64,000 nucleotides of DNA from Candidatus Omnitrophota bacterium (GTDB lineage: Bacteria; Omnitrophota; Gorgyraeia; B26-G9): positions 33,973 through 97,972 of the forward strand of contig JAHITY010000124.1 in NCBI GenBank assembly GCA_018817165.1, given 5' to 3'. A program made the position numbers and the translations under genes. Under the pieces are notes generated by a model. That model saw nothing but the letters and a program-made list of their open reading frames with translations. It did no database searches and had not been told where the DNA came from. Positions 18,643-27,687 of this stretch are shown in pieces. The stretch's first letter is position 1, and the number at the start of each line of letters is the position of its first letter.

Positions 18643-20034
18643 ATGTCTGCAAAAATTTTAGTTGTTGATGACGATCAAAGTTTTCGTTTTTTACTTGAGG
18701 AAACTTTGAAGAAAGAGGGCTATGATATTGTTTCTGCCACTTCGGGAGAACAGGCCTTGGAGCTTTATCAGCCGGATAAATTTGATTTAATTACTTTGGA
18801 TGTTAAGATGCCGGGGATTGATGGTTTTGAAGTGCTTTCGCGGATCAAACAAATAAGCCCTGATCAACAAATTGTTATTATTACTGCTTATGGGGCTCAA
18901 AAAATCGCGATTGAGGCGGTAAAAAAAGGTGCCTATGATTATTTTACCAAGCCTTTTGATATTGATGAATTACGGCTAATTATTAGCCGATCATTAGAGT
19001 GTTCAAGACTTAATCAAGAAAATAAACAGCTAAAAGATGAATTGCATAAACGCTATGATTTTGATGAGATAATCGGTAGTAGCGGTAAAATGCTGGAAGT
19101 TTTTGAGATAATGAAGAAAGTGGTAAATAGCGAAGTAACTGTTTTAATCCAAGGAGAAAGCGGCACAGGCAAAGAACTGGCTGCCCGGGCAATTCATTTT
19201 AACAGCGCTCGAAAAGATAAACCTTTTGTCAAAATAAACTGCGCGGCAATTCCTGATGGTCTTTTAGAAAGTGAATTATTTGGCCATGAAAAAGGCGCGT
19301 TTACCGATGCCTCAGCTAAGAAGATCGGTAGATTTGAAGCGGCAAATACCGGAACAATTTTTCTTGATGAGATCGGTGATATGAGTTTATCAACCCAGGC
19401 TAAAGTATTAAGAGCTTTGCAGGAAAAAGAATTTGAAAGAGTAGGGTCGACCTTGCCGATTAAAGTTGATGTGCGGATTATTGCCGCGACAAATAAGGAC
19501 TTATTTCGAGGGGTCAAGGAAGGTGAATTTAGAGAAGATCTTTATTATCGGATCAATGTGGTTAATCTTCAATTGCCGGCACTGCGGCAGAGGCGCGAGG
19601 ATGTACCTTTATTGTTTGAATATTTTATGCATAAATTTAATCAGGAATTAAATAAAGCGATCAAGCATATTTCTCTGGAAGCAATGGAGCTTTTGATGAA
19701 ATATTCATGGCCGGGGAACATTCGTGAATTGGAGAATGTTCTGCAGCGGGCGATAGTTTTAGCGGAAAAAGATATAATTACTAAACATGATCTGCCGTTT
19801 TATATTCAGTGTCTGGATAATGAAATTAAGATTGCGACAGAATCAGTTGATTTCTCTAAGTCATTGATTGATACTGTAAAAGATATTGTTGATGATGTGG
19901 AAAAACAAATAATTATCAAAGCTTTGAAAAAAACTAATTGGAATCGAACAGAGGCTTCTCGGCTTTTAAAAATAAGCCGAAAAAGTCTTTTTAATAAAAT
20001 GAAAAGATCCAATTTGTTGGAAGAAGAGGATTAA
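18643..20034 (+). CDS. pilR: Sigma-54-dependent response regulator (PilR/NtrC family)
   Basis: Receiver domain (LVVDDD...D at LDVKMPGIDG). AAA+ sigma-54 interaction domain (GESGTGKE, and ESELFGHEKGAFTDA, a GAFTGA variant). C-terminal Fis-type HTH (NWNRTEASRLLKISRKSL). Confidence 0.85.
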   Translation: MSAKILVVDDDQSFRFLLEETLKKEGYDIVSATSGEQALELYQPDKFDLITLDVKMPGIDGFEVLSRIKQISPDQQIVIITAYGAQKIAIEAVKKGAYDYFTKPFDIDELRLIISRSLECSRLNQENKQLKDELHKRYDFDEIIGSSGKMLEVFEIMKKVVNSEVTVLIQGESGTGKELAARAIHFNSARKDKPFVKINCAAIPDGLLESELFGHEKGAFTDASAKKIGRFEAANTGTIFLDEIGDMSLSTQAKVLRALQEKEFERVGSTLPIKVDVRIIAATNKDLFRGVKEGEFREDLYYRINVVNLQLPALRQRREDVPLLFEYFMHKFNQELNKAIKHISLEAMELLMKYSWPGNIRELENVLQRAIVLAEKDIITKHDLPFYIQCLDNEIKIATESVDFSKSLIDTVKDIVDDVEKQIIIKALKKTNWNRTEASRLLKISRKSLFNKMKRSNLLEEED

Positions 20035-20037
20035 ATA

Positions 20038-21255
20038 ATGCCGGTATTTGAGTATAAAGCCCGGGAAGCACAAGGAAAACTGCTGAGCGGAAAATTGGAT
20101 GCGCCTAATCGGAGTATTGTTGCCGATAAGCTTAGGCAGATGGGATACTTTGTTGTCTCGATCAAAGAAGATCGCGTGCAGCAAAGTGCTTTGGATGTGG
20201 ATATTTTTGAAAAATTCGCCAGAGTTAAACCGCGGGATCTGGTTATTTTTAATAATCAGCTGGCAACAATGATCGGCTCAGGTTTAACCTTGGTTACAAG
20301 TTTGAATGTGCTTTCTCAGCAGGTTGAAAATAAGAAACTGCAGGAAGTTATTATTAAAGTTCGAGATGATGTTGAATCAGGAATATCTTTTTCCTCGGCT
20401 TTAGAGAAACATCCTAAAGTATTTTCAACTCTATTTGTGAATATGATCAATGCCGGAGAAACCGGAGGTGCTTTAGAAGAAATATTGCGCAGATTAGCTT
20501 TGTTTGCTGAGCAGAGCGAAGAAATTAGTATGAATGTTAAAACCGCTTTGACTTACCCGATTTTGATTGTTACGATTACAACCGGGGTGGTCATGTTTTT
20601 GGTTATGGGGGTTTTTCCTAAATTTGAAATATTATTTAAATCAATGGATGTTGCTTTACCTCTGCCTACGCAAATTTTATTGACAATCAGTCATTGGCTG
20701 AGAGAAAAATGGTTTTTTATTATCGCTGCGCTTGTCGGGCTGATTGTGTTTTTTTTAAGATATCGTAAAACTTCAGCTGGCAAATACAATATAGAATTGT
20801 TTATTTTAAGAATTCCCATATTTGGCACTATTATTAAAAAAGCCGGAATCTCTAGATTTGCCAGAACATTGGGAACCTTGATTAATAGCGGTGTGCCGAT
20901 TCTTCAGTCTTTAAGAATCGTCGAGACTACTGTGGGCAATGCGGCAATAGCCAAAATAGTTAATATTGTGGCCGATAATGTAAATCGCGGTGAAAGCATG
21001 GCTAGCCCTTTGCGAGATAATAAAATTTTTCCGCCTATGGTGGGGCATATGGTTTCAATTGGTGAAGAATCCGGTACTTTAGATACGATTTTAAATAAAA
21101 TAGCGGACTTTTATGACAGTGAAGTTGACAGTACGGTCAAGCGGCTAAGCTCGATAATCGAGCCAGTTTTATTGGTTTTTATCGGAGGAATAGTCGGCAT
21201 GATTGCTCTTTCTTTATTTTTGCCGATGTTTAATTTGGTTAATGTTATTAAATAG
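20038..21255 (+). CDS. pilC: Type IV pilus inner-membrane platform protein PilC (GspF family)
   Basis: Two GspF repeats (…LATMIGSGLTLVTSL… and …LGTLINSGVPILQSL…). 405 aa. Immediately follows pilR. Confidence 0.9.
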   Translation: MPVFEYKAREAQGKLLSGKLDAPNRSIVADKLRQMGYFVVSIKEDRVQQSALDVDIFEKFARVKPRDLVIFNNQLATMIGSGLTLVTSLNVLSQQVENKKLQEVIIKVRDDVESGISFSSALEKHPKVFSTLFVNMINAGETGGALEEILRRLALFAEQSEEISMNVKTALTYPILIVTITTGVVMFLVMGVFPKFEILFKSMDVALPLPTQILLTISHWLREKWFFIIAALVGLIVFFLRYRKTSAGKYNIELFILRIPIFGTIIKKAGISRFARTLGTLINSGVPILQSLRIVETTVGNAAIAKIVNIVADNVNRGESMASPLRDNKIFPPMVGHMVSIGEESGTLDTILNKIADFYDSEVDSTVKRLSSIIEPVLLVFIGGIVGMIALSLFLPMFNLVNVIK

Positions 21256-21272
21256 ATGAAAAGTGCTATATT

Positions 21273-21320
21273 TGAGTAATGTTTTACTCAGATATGTTTA
21301 ATTGAGTATGTTTGTACTCG
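21273..21320 (+). promoter_or_regulatory. Two similar 17-18 bp palindromes (TGAGTAA-N4-TTACTCA and GAGTA-N6-TACTC). Candidate upstream activator sites for the sigma-54 activator.
   Basis: tgagtaatgttttactca at 21273-21290 and gagtatgtttgtactc at about 21303-21319, both read directly. They lie about 60-110 bp upstream of the -24/-12 element. Confidence 0.35.
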
Positions 21321-21380
21321 AAATTTCTAGATTTTATAATTGTTTTTTCAGTTCTTTGACGAGGAAAAAAACTAGAGAAT

Positions 21381-21396
21381 TGGCATGTTAATTGCT
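21381..21396 (+). promoter_or_regulatory. Sigma-54 (-24/-12) promoter upstream of the tandem pilin genes
   Basis: TGGCATgttaaTTGCT matches the consensus TGGCAC-N5-TTGCW exactly in GG/GC spacing. pilS-pilR (a sigma-54 activator) lie immediately upstream. A possible sigma-70 element (TTGACA 21424-21429, N17, TATAAA 21447-21452) and RBS AAGGAGGG follow. Confidence 0.6.
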
Positions 21397-21466
21397 TTAT
21401 TTTAATTAGCTTGAACATATTGCTTGACAAAAATAGGCAGATACTATATAAAAAAGGAGGGAAAAG

Positions 21467-21847
21467 GTGAAAACAAAAGGCTTTACGTTGATCGAACTGC
21501 TGATTGTTATAGCCATTTTAGGTATTTTAGTTTCCCTTATTTTGCCTCGGTTTGCTGATGTTCGTGAAGATGCTAATACAAAGGTCTGTGTTGCTAATAT
21601 GCGCGGATTGGTTTCAGCAATGGCAATTTACGAAACTCGACAGAATGATGATGCTAATTGGGGAGTAGCGCCTTACATTGTAGCTAATTTAGTTAATTGG
21701 GGTTATGTGGCTGCTGAACCGCGGTGCCCATATGAAAATAGTGAAAGTTCTCCGGACAGTTATACCTTAGTAGCCAGCAGTGGCAGTTTGACTGATCGGG
21801 TGACTTGTCCAAATGTCGGTAGCTATACAAATCATGTATGGCCTTAA
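21467..21847 (+). CDS. pilA: Type IVa major pilin (prepilin with N-terminal cleavage/methylation motif)
   Basis: GTG start after RBS. Leader MKTKG, then FTLIELLIVIAILGIL (G-1, F+1, E+5). C-terminal Cys pair (CPYE...CPNVG) for the disulfide loop. 126 aa. Confidence 0.85.
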   Translation: MKTKGFTLIELLIVIAILGILVSLILPRFADVREDANTKVCVANMRGLVSAMAIYETRQNDDANWGVAPYIVANLVNWGYVAAEPRCPYENSESSPDSYTLVASSGSLTDRVTCPNVGSYTNHVWP

Positions 21848-21877
21848 TTTTAAAGCAGTAAAACAAGAGGGGGGTGA

Positions 21878-22258
21878 ATGGTAATGAATAGAAAAGGTTT
21901 TACATTAATTGAACTTTTGATTGTAATTGCTATATTGGGTATTTTAGTTGCTCTTATATTGCCGAGATTTGCTGATGTCCGTGAAGATGCTAATACAAAG
22001 GTTTGTATTGCAAATTTACGTGGTTTGGCTTCTGCTATGGCAACATATGAAGCTCGGGAAAATGCAGAGGGCCCATGGAATACTGTTGGATATATGGCAG
22101 GGGATCTTGTGACTTTGCAGTATATTGCGGCTGAGCCACATTGTCCATATGCAGCAGAAGATGGCGCTTCTTATGTGCTGGTGGTGAATACAGCTACGAC
22201 TCCTGATTTAGCAACATGTCCTAAGGTTGGTGCTCATCCAGACCATGTATGGCCTTAA
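21878..22258 (+). CDS. pilA: Type IVa pilin paralog (second tandem pilA)
   Basis: MVMNRKG|FTLIELLIVIAILGIL. The true start may be the ATG at 21884, which has better RBS spacing. Conserved N-terminal about 55 aa and C-terminal CP...HVWP, with a divergent middle. 126 aa. Confidence 0.85.
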   Translation: MVMNRKGFTLIELLIVIAILGILVALILPRFADVREDANTKVCIANLRGLASAMATYEARENAEGPWNTVGYMAGDLVTLQYIAAEPHCPYAAEDGASYVLVVNTATTPDLATCPKVGAHPDHVWP

Positions 22259-22283
22259 TAATCGGTTTTTAGGCTGATTTTTA

Positions 22284-22318
22284 AAGTGGACGGCAAGTGA
22301 TTGTCGTCCACTTTTATA
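22284..22318 (+). terminator. Rho-independent terminator after the pilin pair
   Basis: AAGTGGACG-gcaagtgattgt-CGTCCACTT followed by TTTTAT. 9-bp GC-containing stem plus T-run. Confidence 0.6.
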
Positions 22319-22357
22319 TTAAGCACAGTAAATAGTATTTAAAGATTTGAGGCTAAA

Positions 22358-23086
22358 ATGCATCGTTTTTATGTAGATACTGTTGATCTTAAAGTCAATA
22401 AAGTGTTAATATCCGCAACGGAAGCAAAGCATGCGTATAAAGTTTTGCGGCTAAAACCCAATGACCTGGTTATTGCTCTGGACGGTAAAGGTAATCAGTA
22501 TAATGGTATTTTAGAATCAATTAATTCTGATCAAGCTGTTATTCTAATTCAAAAATCAGTGCATCTTGAACCGCAGTTACCGAAAATTACTTTGGCCGCG
22601 GCAATTCCTAAACAATCTAAGTTTGAGGCAATTGTTGACAAAGCTACACAGCTGGGGGTGGATAGGGTAATTCCTTTGATCAGCGAACGGACCATTGTAA
22701 AACCTGAGCTGTTTAAGCAGAATGATAAAATTATTCGCTGGCAGAAAATCGCGATTGAAGCTGCTAAACAGTGCGGCTGTTTATATGTACCGCAAATCGC
22801 TCCGATTCATAAATTCAAGCAAATTGCTAAAAACGCGAATAAGTTTGATTTATGCCTAATCGCGGCTATCCATGATGATGTGGTTTTTATAAAAGATGTC
22901 TTAAAAAAAGAAAGAGCTGATTCTGTACTGGTTTTAATTGGACCGGAAGGTGATTTTACGGAACAGGAAGTAGCATTAGCGCGTGATTATGGTGCTATTT
23001 GTGTATCTTTGGGGAAAAATATTTTAAGGTGTGAAACCGCCTCAACTATGGTACTATCGGTATTAAATTATGAATGGAAAACATAA
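22358..23086 (+). CDS. rsmE: 16S rRNA (uracil1498-N3)-methyltransferase RsmE
   Basis: MHRFYV N-terminus with PUA-like domain. C-terminal SPOUT fold motifs (LIGPEGDFTEQE...ILRCETAS). 242 aa. Confidence 0.8.
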   Translation: MHRFYVDTVDLKVNKVLISATEAKHAYKVLRLKPNDLVIALDGKGNQYNGILESINSDQAVILIQKSVHLEPQLPKITLAAAIPKQSKFEAIVDKATQLGVDRVIPLISERTIVKPELFKQNDKIIRWQKIAIEAAKQCGCLYVPQIAPIHKFKQIAKNANKFDLCLIAAIHDDVVFIKDVLKKERADSVLVLIGPEGDFTEQEVALARDYGAICVSLGKNILRCETASTMVLSVLNYEWKT

Positions 23087-23564
23087 AACTACAATAAAAA
23101 TAATAATTGATGGATTATTCTATAAAACAAAGAATTTTGTTTTAAAAGAACAGCGGAAATTTCTGATAGTTTTGCTTGTGATTTTTTTGTATTTTTTTGT
23201 GGTAGTTATCTATCAGGTTTCTTCAAAAGCTCCGGTTAAGCCAGAAGAGAAAAAACCAATAAGTCAGTTGTACCTGCTGGAATTTATTAATGGGTGGCGG
23301 GATTATCAGCAGAATTTTGATGTTGAGGATTTACGTTTTGGTGAAAAATTTTTATCGTTTACAATCAATTTAAAATTAAAAACAAAATCAATATTAATTG
23401 TAAAAAAATTAGGCATGGACATGATCTTAGGCCTTGAACAGGAATATCCTGAATTGGAAGATATAAATATTAAGGTGATTTGTTTTCGTGACTTAGATAA
23501 AATAGTATACGGCACTGCTGTTTATAATCGGGATATTGATGAAGTCAGTTGGACTTATAAATAA
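23070..23564 (+). CDS. Hypothetical membrane-anchored protein
   Basis: Single N-terminal TM (FLIVLLVIFLYFFVVVIY). No recognisable domain. Embedded within the pilus locus. Confidence 0.4.
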   Translation: MNGKHKTTIKIIIDGLFYKTKNFVLKEQRKFLIVLLVIFLYFFVVVIYQVSSKAPVKPEEKKPISQLYLLEFINGWRDYQQNFDVEDLRFGEKFLSFTINLKLKTKSILIVKKLGMDMILGLEQEYPELEDINIKVICFRDLDKIVYGTAVYNRDIDEVSWTYK

Positions 23565-23588
23565 CCGTAAAAGAAATTGGCTTTTTAG

Positions 23589-24917
23589 ATGATTTTGAAC
23601 AAAAAGAAAAATAATGTAAAAACCTGTAAGTTTTACACCTTTGGCTGCAAAGTCAATCAGTATGAAACCCAATTGATCCGAGAGCAATTTTTGGCCAAGG
23701 GTTTTATCGAAACCAATAAAAATCCGGATTATTTTATTATTAATGGATGTACGGTTACTGCTGCTGCTGATCGTAAATGTCGATATCTTCTGCGTTCCTT
23801 ACATAAAAAAAATCCTTCTGCCCAAATTATTGTTACCGGCTGTTTTGCGAAAAATAATCCTGATATTATCTTTCAGCCTGGAGTTGATCAGGTAATTCCA
23901 CAGGAAGATAAATTAACAATTATTGAGCAAATCAATCTAAACCCTGAAAAAAAACAAAGCCTTATTGCTTCTAAATTAAATGCCGTAAATTTGAATGGCT
24001 GTGAGCAAAAAAACTTGATCAATGATTTTAAGGGGCATAGCCGGGCTTTTGTGAAAATTCAGGATGGCTGTGATAATTTCTGTACTTATTGTATTATTCC
24101 TTCCATGCGTGGTTTGCCAATAAGCAGAGATTTGGAAATTATCAAACAAGAGGTTGCTGGACTGGCAAAAAAAGGATTTAAGGAAATAGTTCTGACCGGG
24201 ATAAATCTGGGGATGTGGAGTGCTCAATCACCAAAAACAAACAACCGATTATCTTATTTGATTGAGCAGTTGTTAACGATTAAACAATTGCAGCGATTAA
24301 GATTAAGCTCTGTGGAATTAATTCATGTTGATGATTTATTAATCAAGCAAATAGAAAACTCGGATAAGTTGTGCGCCCATCTGCATATTCCTTTGCAAAG
24401 CGGAGATGATCAGATCTTGAAAAAAATGAATCGACGCTATACCCGAGATTTGTTTTTAAGACAGATCAAAAAGATTAAGCATCAAGTTTCCGATATTTGT
24501 TTTACCACTGATATTATGGTCGGTTTTCCCGGAGAAAGCGAAGAAAACTTTAAGAATACGCTGGATTTTGTGAAAAAAGCGGGTTTTTTAAAAGTACATG
24601 TTTTTCCTTATAGCCCCAGACCCGGGACAAAGGCCGCAACAATGCCTGATCAGATTGATCCAAAAGTCAAAGATCTTCGCAAGAAAAAACTGGTTGATCT
24701 TGCTAATTTGACAAGTTTTGAATTGCGCAAAAAATTGATTAATAAAAAAACTTTTGTGCTTTTTGAGGAATCAAGCTATGATGGATGCTGGATGGGGTAT
24801 GCTGATAACTATGTCCAGATTAAAGTAAAATCAGCGAAAAATTTGAAAAATTTTAAACTTCCGGTCATAATCAGCAATGTTACGCATGAGCAAACCATCG
24901 CTGAGCTTGTTGAATGA
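23589..24917 (+). CDS. mtaB: Radical-SAM methylthiotransferase, MtaB-like (tRNA ms2t6A/MiaB family)
   Basis: N-terminal MTTase Cys triad (CKFYTFGCKVNQYETQ...GC...). Radical SAM CDNFCTYC. C-terminal TRAM-like region. 442 aa. Confidence 0.75.
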   Translation: MILNKKKNNVKTCKFYTFGCKVNQYETQLIREQFLAKGFIETNKNPDYFIINGCTVTAAADRKCRYLLRSLHKKNPSAQIIVTGCFAKNNPDIIFQPGVDQVIPQEDKLTIIEQINLNPEKKQSLIASKLNAVNLNGCEQKNLINDFKGHSRAFVKIQDGCDNFCTYCIIPSMRGLPISRDLEIIKQEVAGLAKKGFKEIVLTGINLGMWSAQSPKTNNRLSYLIEQLLTIKQLQRLRLSSVELIHVDDLLIKQIENSDKLCAHLHIPLQSGDDQILKKMNRRYTRDLFLRQIKKIKHQVSDICFTTDIMVGFPGESEENFKNTLDFVKKAGFLKVHVFPYSPRPGTKAATMPDQIDPKVKDLRKKKLVDLANLTSFELRKKLINKKTFVLFEESSYDGCWMGYADNYVQIKVKSAKNLKNFKLPVIISNVTHEQTIAELVE

Positions 24918-25089
24918 GAATTATTGTTTGGGATATAGATGTTTTAGTGGTGAATAATCGGAGAGCTAAGATCTTTATCAGTATGCACTTAAATATGTCT
25001 TGAATAGCTTATGGATATATGTTAAACTAAACCAACAATAAATAAATTTAAAAAGCCTCTTTTTTAAGGATTTGAATTAATTAAAAGCC

Positions 25090-26133
25090 ATGGGACAAAT
25101 AAAAAATCTATTAAATAAATTTCTAAAACAAAAGCCGAAATTTGAAGTTGGCCTTGATATCGGCAATTCTAGTGTCAAGGTTGTTCAGTTATGTTCTAAA
25201 CCCAATAGCAAACTCAAAGAGCTGGTAAGCTTTGATCTGCAGCGTTTTGTTGGCCCGGTCAATAATGATGTCATTGCGGCCGCAATAAAAATAGCGATGA
25301 AAAATGCCAATATTAATAATCCGGTAGTAAATACCTCAGTTTCCGGACAGGCGGTTATTGTAAGATATATTCAAATGCCTAAAATGACCAAAGAGGAATT
25401 GGATAAAGCGCTTAAGTTAGGTATTGGGAAATATATTCCTTTCGGGGTTGATGAAGTCAACTCTGATTGTCAGATACTCGATGATTCCGATAAAAAATCT
25501 AAAATGATGCGAGTCATGCTGGTTGCGGTTAAAAAAAATATCATTAAAGAACGGATGGATATTCTTGCTCGGGCTGGATTAAAAGCTAATGTTATTGATG
25601 TTGATTCTTTTGCGATTGTGAATTCTTTTCAATTGATTAGCCAGGAAAATAAAGGGATTATTGCTGTTTTGGACATTGGCGCCGATATTACTAGTACTAC
25701 GATTTTGAAAGATAATGTTCCGCATTTTAATCGCGATGTCCCGATTGGTGGCAGTAATTTCACCAGAGCAATAATTGAGGAATTTGAAATGACGGTTGAA
25801 GAGGCGGAGGAGCTTAAACATAATCCTCAGACTCGATATGGAGATTTGATTACCGCGATTCGTCCGGTTATCGATGCCTTATCTGATGAAATGCAATTAT
25901 CGTTCAATTATTGCGAAAGTCAGCTGGGCGGTCCTGTCCAAAAGATTTTTTTAACTGGCGGTATGGCTAAATTTAAAGGAATTGGTAAGGTATTAAGCGG
26001 GATACTCGGAGTTGATGTGGAAATTTGGGATCCAACTAGAATATTATTGGTTAATGAAGCTTTGCCCAGAGAGAAAATAGTGGAAACTGGTCCGCTTTTA
26101 ACCGTTGCGATTGGATTGGCTTTAAGAGGCTAA
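25090..26133 (+). CDS. pilM: Type IV pilus assembly protein PilM (actin-like ATPase fold)
   Basis: GLDIGNSSVKVVQL N-terminus and FtsA/actin-like architecture. Followed by pilNOPQ. 347 aa. Confidence 0.85.
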   Translation: MGQIKNLLNKFLKQKPKFEVGLDIGNSSVKVVQLCSKPNSKLKELVSFDLQRFVGPVNNDVIAAAIKIAMKNANINNPVVNTSVSGQAVIVRYIQMPKMTKEELDKALKLGIGKYIPFGVDEVNSDCQILDDSDKKSKMMRVMLVAVKKNIIKERMDILARAGLKANVIDVDSFAIVNSFQLISQENKGIIAVLDIGADITSTTILKDNVPHFNRDVPIGGSNFTRAIIEEFEMTVEEAEELKHNPQTRYGDLITAIRPVIDALSDEMQLSFNYCESQLGGPVQKIFLTGGMAKFKGIGKVLSGILGVDVEIWDPTRILLVNEALPREKIVETGPLLTVAIGLALRG

Positions 26134-26136
26134 ATA

Positions 26137-26760
26137 ATGATAGAAATTAATTTACTTCCAGCTGAATATAAAGTATTGAAAAAATCAACGGCAAAAAATG
26201 TGCCGGTAAATTTAATACTTATTAGTACAAACGCGGTTTTGCTTGCCGTTTTATTGATTGTTACAGGGATGAATCTTTCCCGGACGATTACGCTTAATGC
26301 GCTTAATACAAGATTAAAAGGTTTAGCTCCTGAACAGCAAAAGATCATTGCTTTACAGCGGAGAATGGAAAGTTTAAAATCGACAAATGCAATGTTTAGT
26401 CCATTGGTGGATAATCGCTTTTTGTGGTCTAAAAAACTTTACTTTTTAGATGAGTTGATCCTCCCGGGTATTTGGCTGAGAAATATATCATTAGAAAGAA
26501 AAATAGTTAATACATTGCTTGAGCCTAACTATCCGGGGAATTCGGTTAATCATTTAAAAATCGGGGCAAGCGTTGTTTCGATTACGCATGATGAAATGGG
26601 TATTATCGGTAAATTTATCAGAAGATTGAAAACCAGCGATGATTTTATTAGGGATTTTAGTAATATTGAATTAGAGGGAGTTGTTAGCCGGGATATTGCC
26701 TCAATAGAAGTTATGGATTTTACTTTACTTTGTCTGTTTAAATCGGATATTAATTTATGA
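26137..26760 (+). CDS. pilN: Type IV pilus assembly protein PilN
   Basis: Hallmark N-terminus MIEINLLP, then a single TM. 207 aa. Confidence 0.8.
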   Translation: MIEINLLPAEYKVLKKSTAKNVPVNLILISTNAVLLAVLLIVTGMNLSRTITLNALNTRLKGLAPEQQKIIALQRRMESLKSTNAMFSPLVDNRFLWSKKLYFLDELILPGIWLRNISLERKIVNTLLEPNYPGNSVNHLKIGASVVSITHDEMGIIGKFIRRLKTSDDFIRDFSNIELEGVVSRDIASIEVMDFTLLCLFKSDINL

Positions 26761-27320
26761 GTGTAGATATTTCATTTTTGAAAAAAATAAAAATTCCTAT
26801 ATTTCAGATTATTCTTGGGGCTATTGTCGTGGTTTGTTTGGTTTTAACTCTGCCGCAGCTGATGAACATGCAGAATTTATCCAAAGAAATTACCGATAAA
26901 CGAAAAATCCTTAATGATCTTGATGCTGGGATTAAAAATTTTGATATTTTAGAAAAAGAGGAAGAGTCTTTAAGTAAAGCCTATAGTGATTTTTTAGCCA
27001 GTCTGCCCGCGCAAAAAGATTTTCCGGTTTTTTTGGAATTGATTTCAAAATTGGCGAAAAATAGTGATGTAAAGATTGCTGCGATCGAACCTCAGAAAAC
27101 AACGGATGCGCAAGGTTCATTTTTTATTAAGATTCCGGTTTTTATTGATGCCTATTGCGGGTATCATGAGTTGGGTAAGTTTTTAAATGAAATTGAATAT
27201 GCGGATAAATTTATGAGGATTGGTAATATAAAAATTACGAAAGATGATCCGGACAGTGATAAGCTTCAAGTATTTATCGCGATCTATGCTTTTTGTTTGA
27301 GTGAGGATAATAGTGTTTAA
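26757..27320 (+). CDS. pilO: Type IV pilus assembly protein PilO
   Basis: N-terminal TM plus coiled coil and periplasmic domain. Position between pilN and pilP. 4-bp overlap. Confidence 0.65.
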   Translation: MSVDISFLKKIKIPIFQIILGAIVVVCLVLTLPQLMNMQNLSKEITDKRKILNDLDAGIKNFDILEKEEESLSKAYSDFLASLPAQKDFPVFLELISKLAKNSDVKIAAIEPQKTTDAQGSFFIKIPVFIDAYCGYHELGKFLNEIEYADKFMRIGNIKITKDDPDSDKLQVFIAIYAFCLSEDNSV

Positions 27321-27687
27321 AAAAAGCTTAATTATTATGATGGTTTTTGCCTTAAGCTCAACAGCTTTTGCTAAGAGTGAGAGTGAGTTTGTCTATAAAG
27401 ATAAAGAAACACGTGATCCGTTTATTTCTTTAGTAACAATTGATGGCAGAATCCTGCCTGGGGCCAGAGAAATTACTGAATCAACTAATATTGAACTTGG
27501 GGGAGTTATCTGGGATCCCACTGGCAAATCCTTGGCAATTATAAATGGGAAACCAGTTAAGGAGCAGCAGAGGATTATGAATTTTCAGGTTTTAAAAATA
27601 AAAAAAGATAGTGTGCTTTTGCAAAAAGAGGGGAAAGTTATTGTGCTGTATTTAAAAAAAGGAGGGGGAGATAAAAATGGGGAATGA
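27301..27687 (+). CDS. pilP: PilP-like small periplasmic/lipoprotein component
   Basis: Signal peptide (MMVFALSSTAFA). Small beta-rich protein located between pilO and pilQ. Confidence 0.5.
   Translation: MRIIVFKKSLIIMMVFALSSTAFAKSESEFVYKDKETRDPFISLVTIDGRILPGAREITESTNIELGGVIWDPTGKSLAIINGKPVKEQQRIMNFQVLKIKKDSVLLQKEGKVIVLYLKKGGGDKNGE

Noticed and set aside
21467-22258. Recent tandem duplication or phase-variable cassette for the two pilin genes
   Set aside because: DNA identity is only about 80% even in the conserved 5' region, with many synonymous changes and no flanking repeats. It is an old paralog pair, not a recombination cassette.
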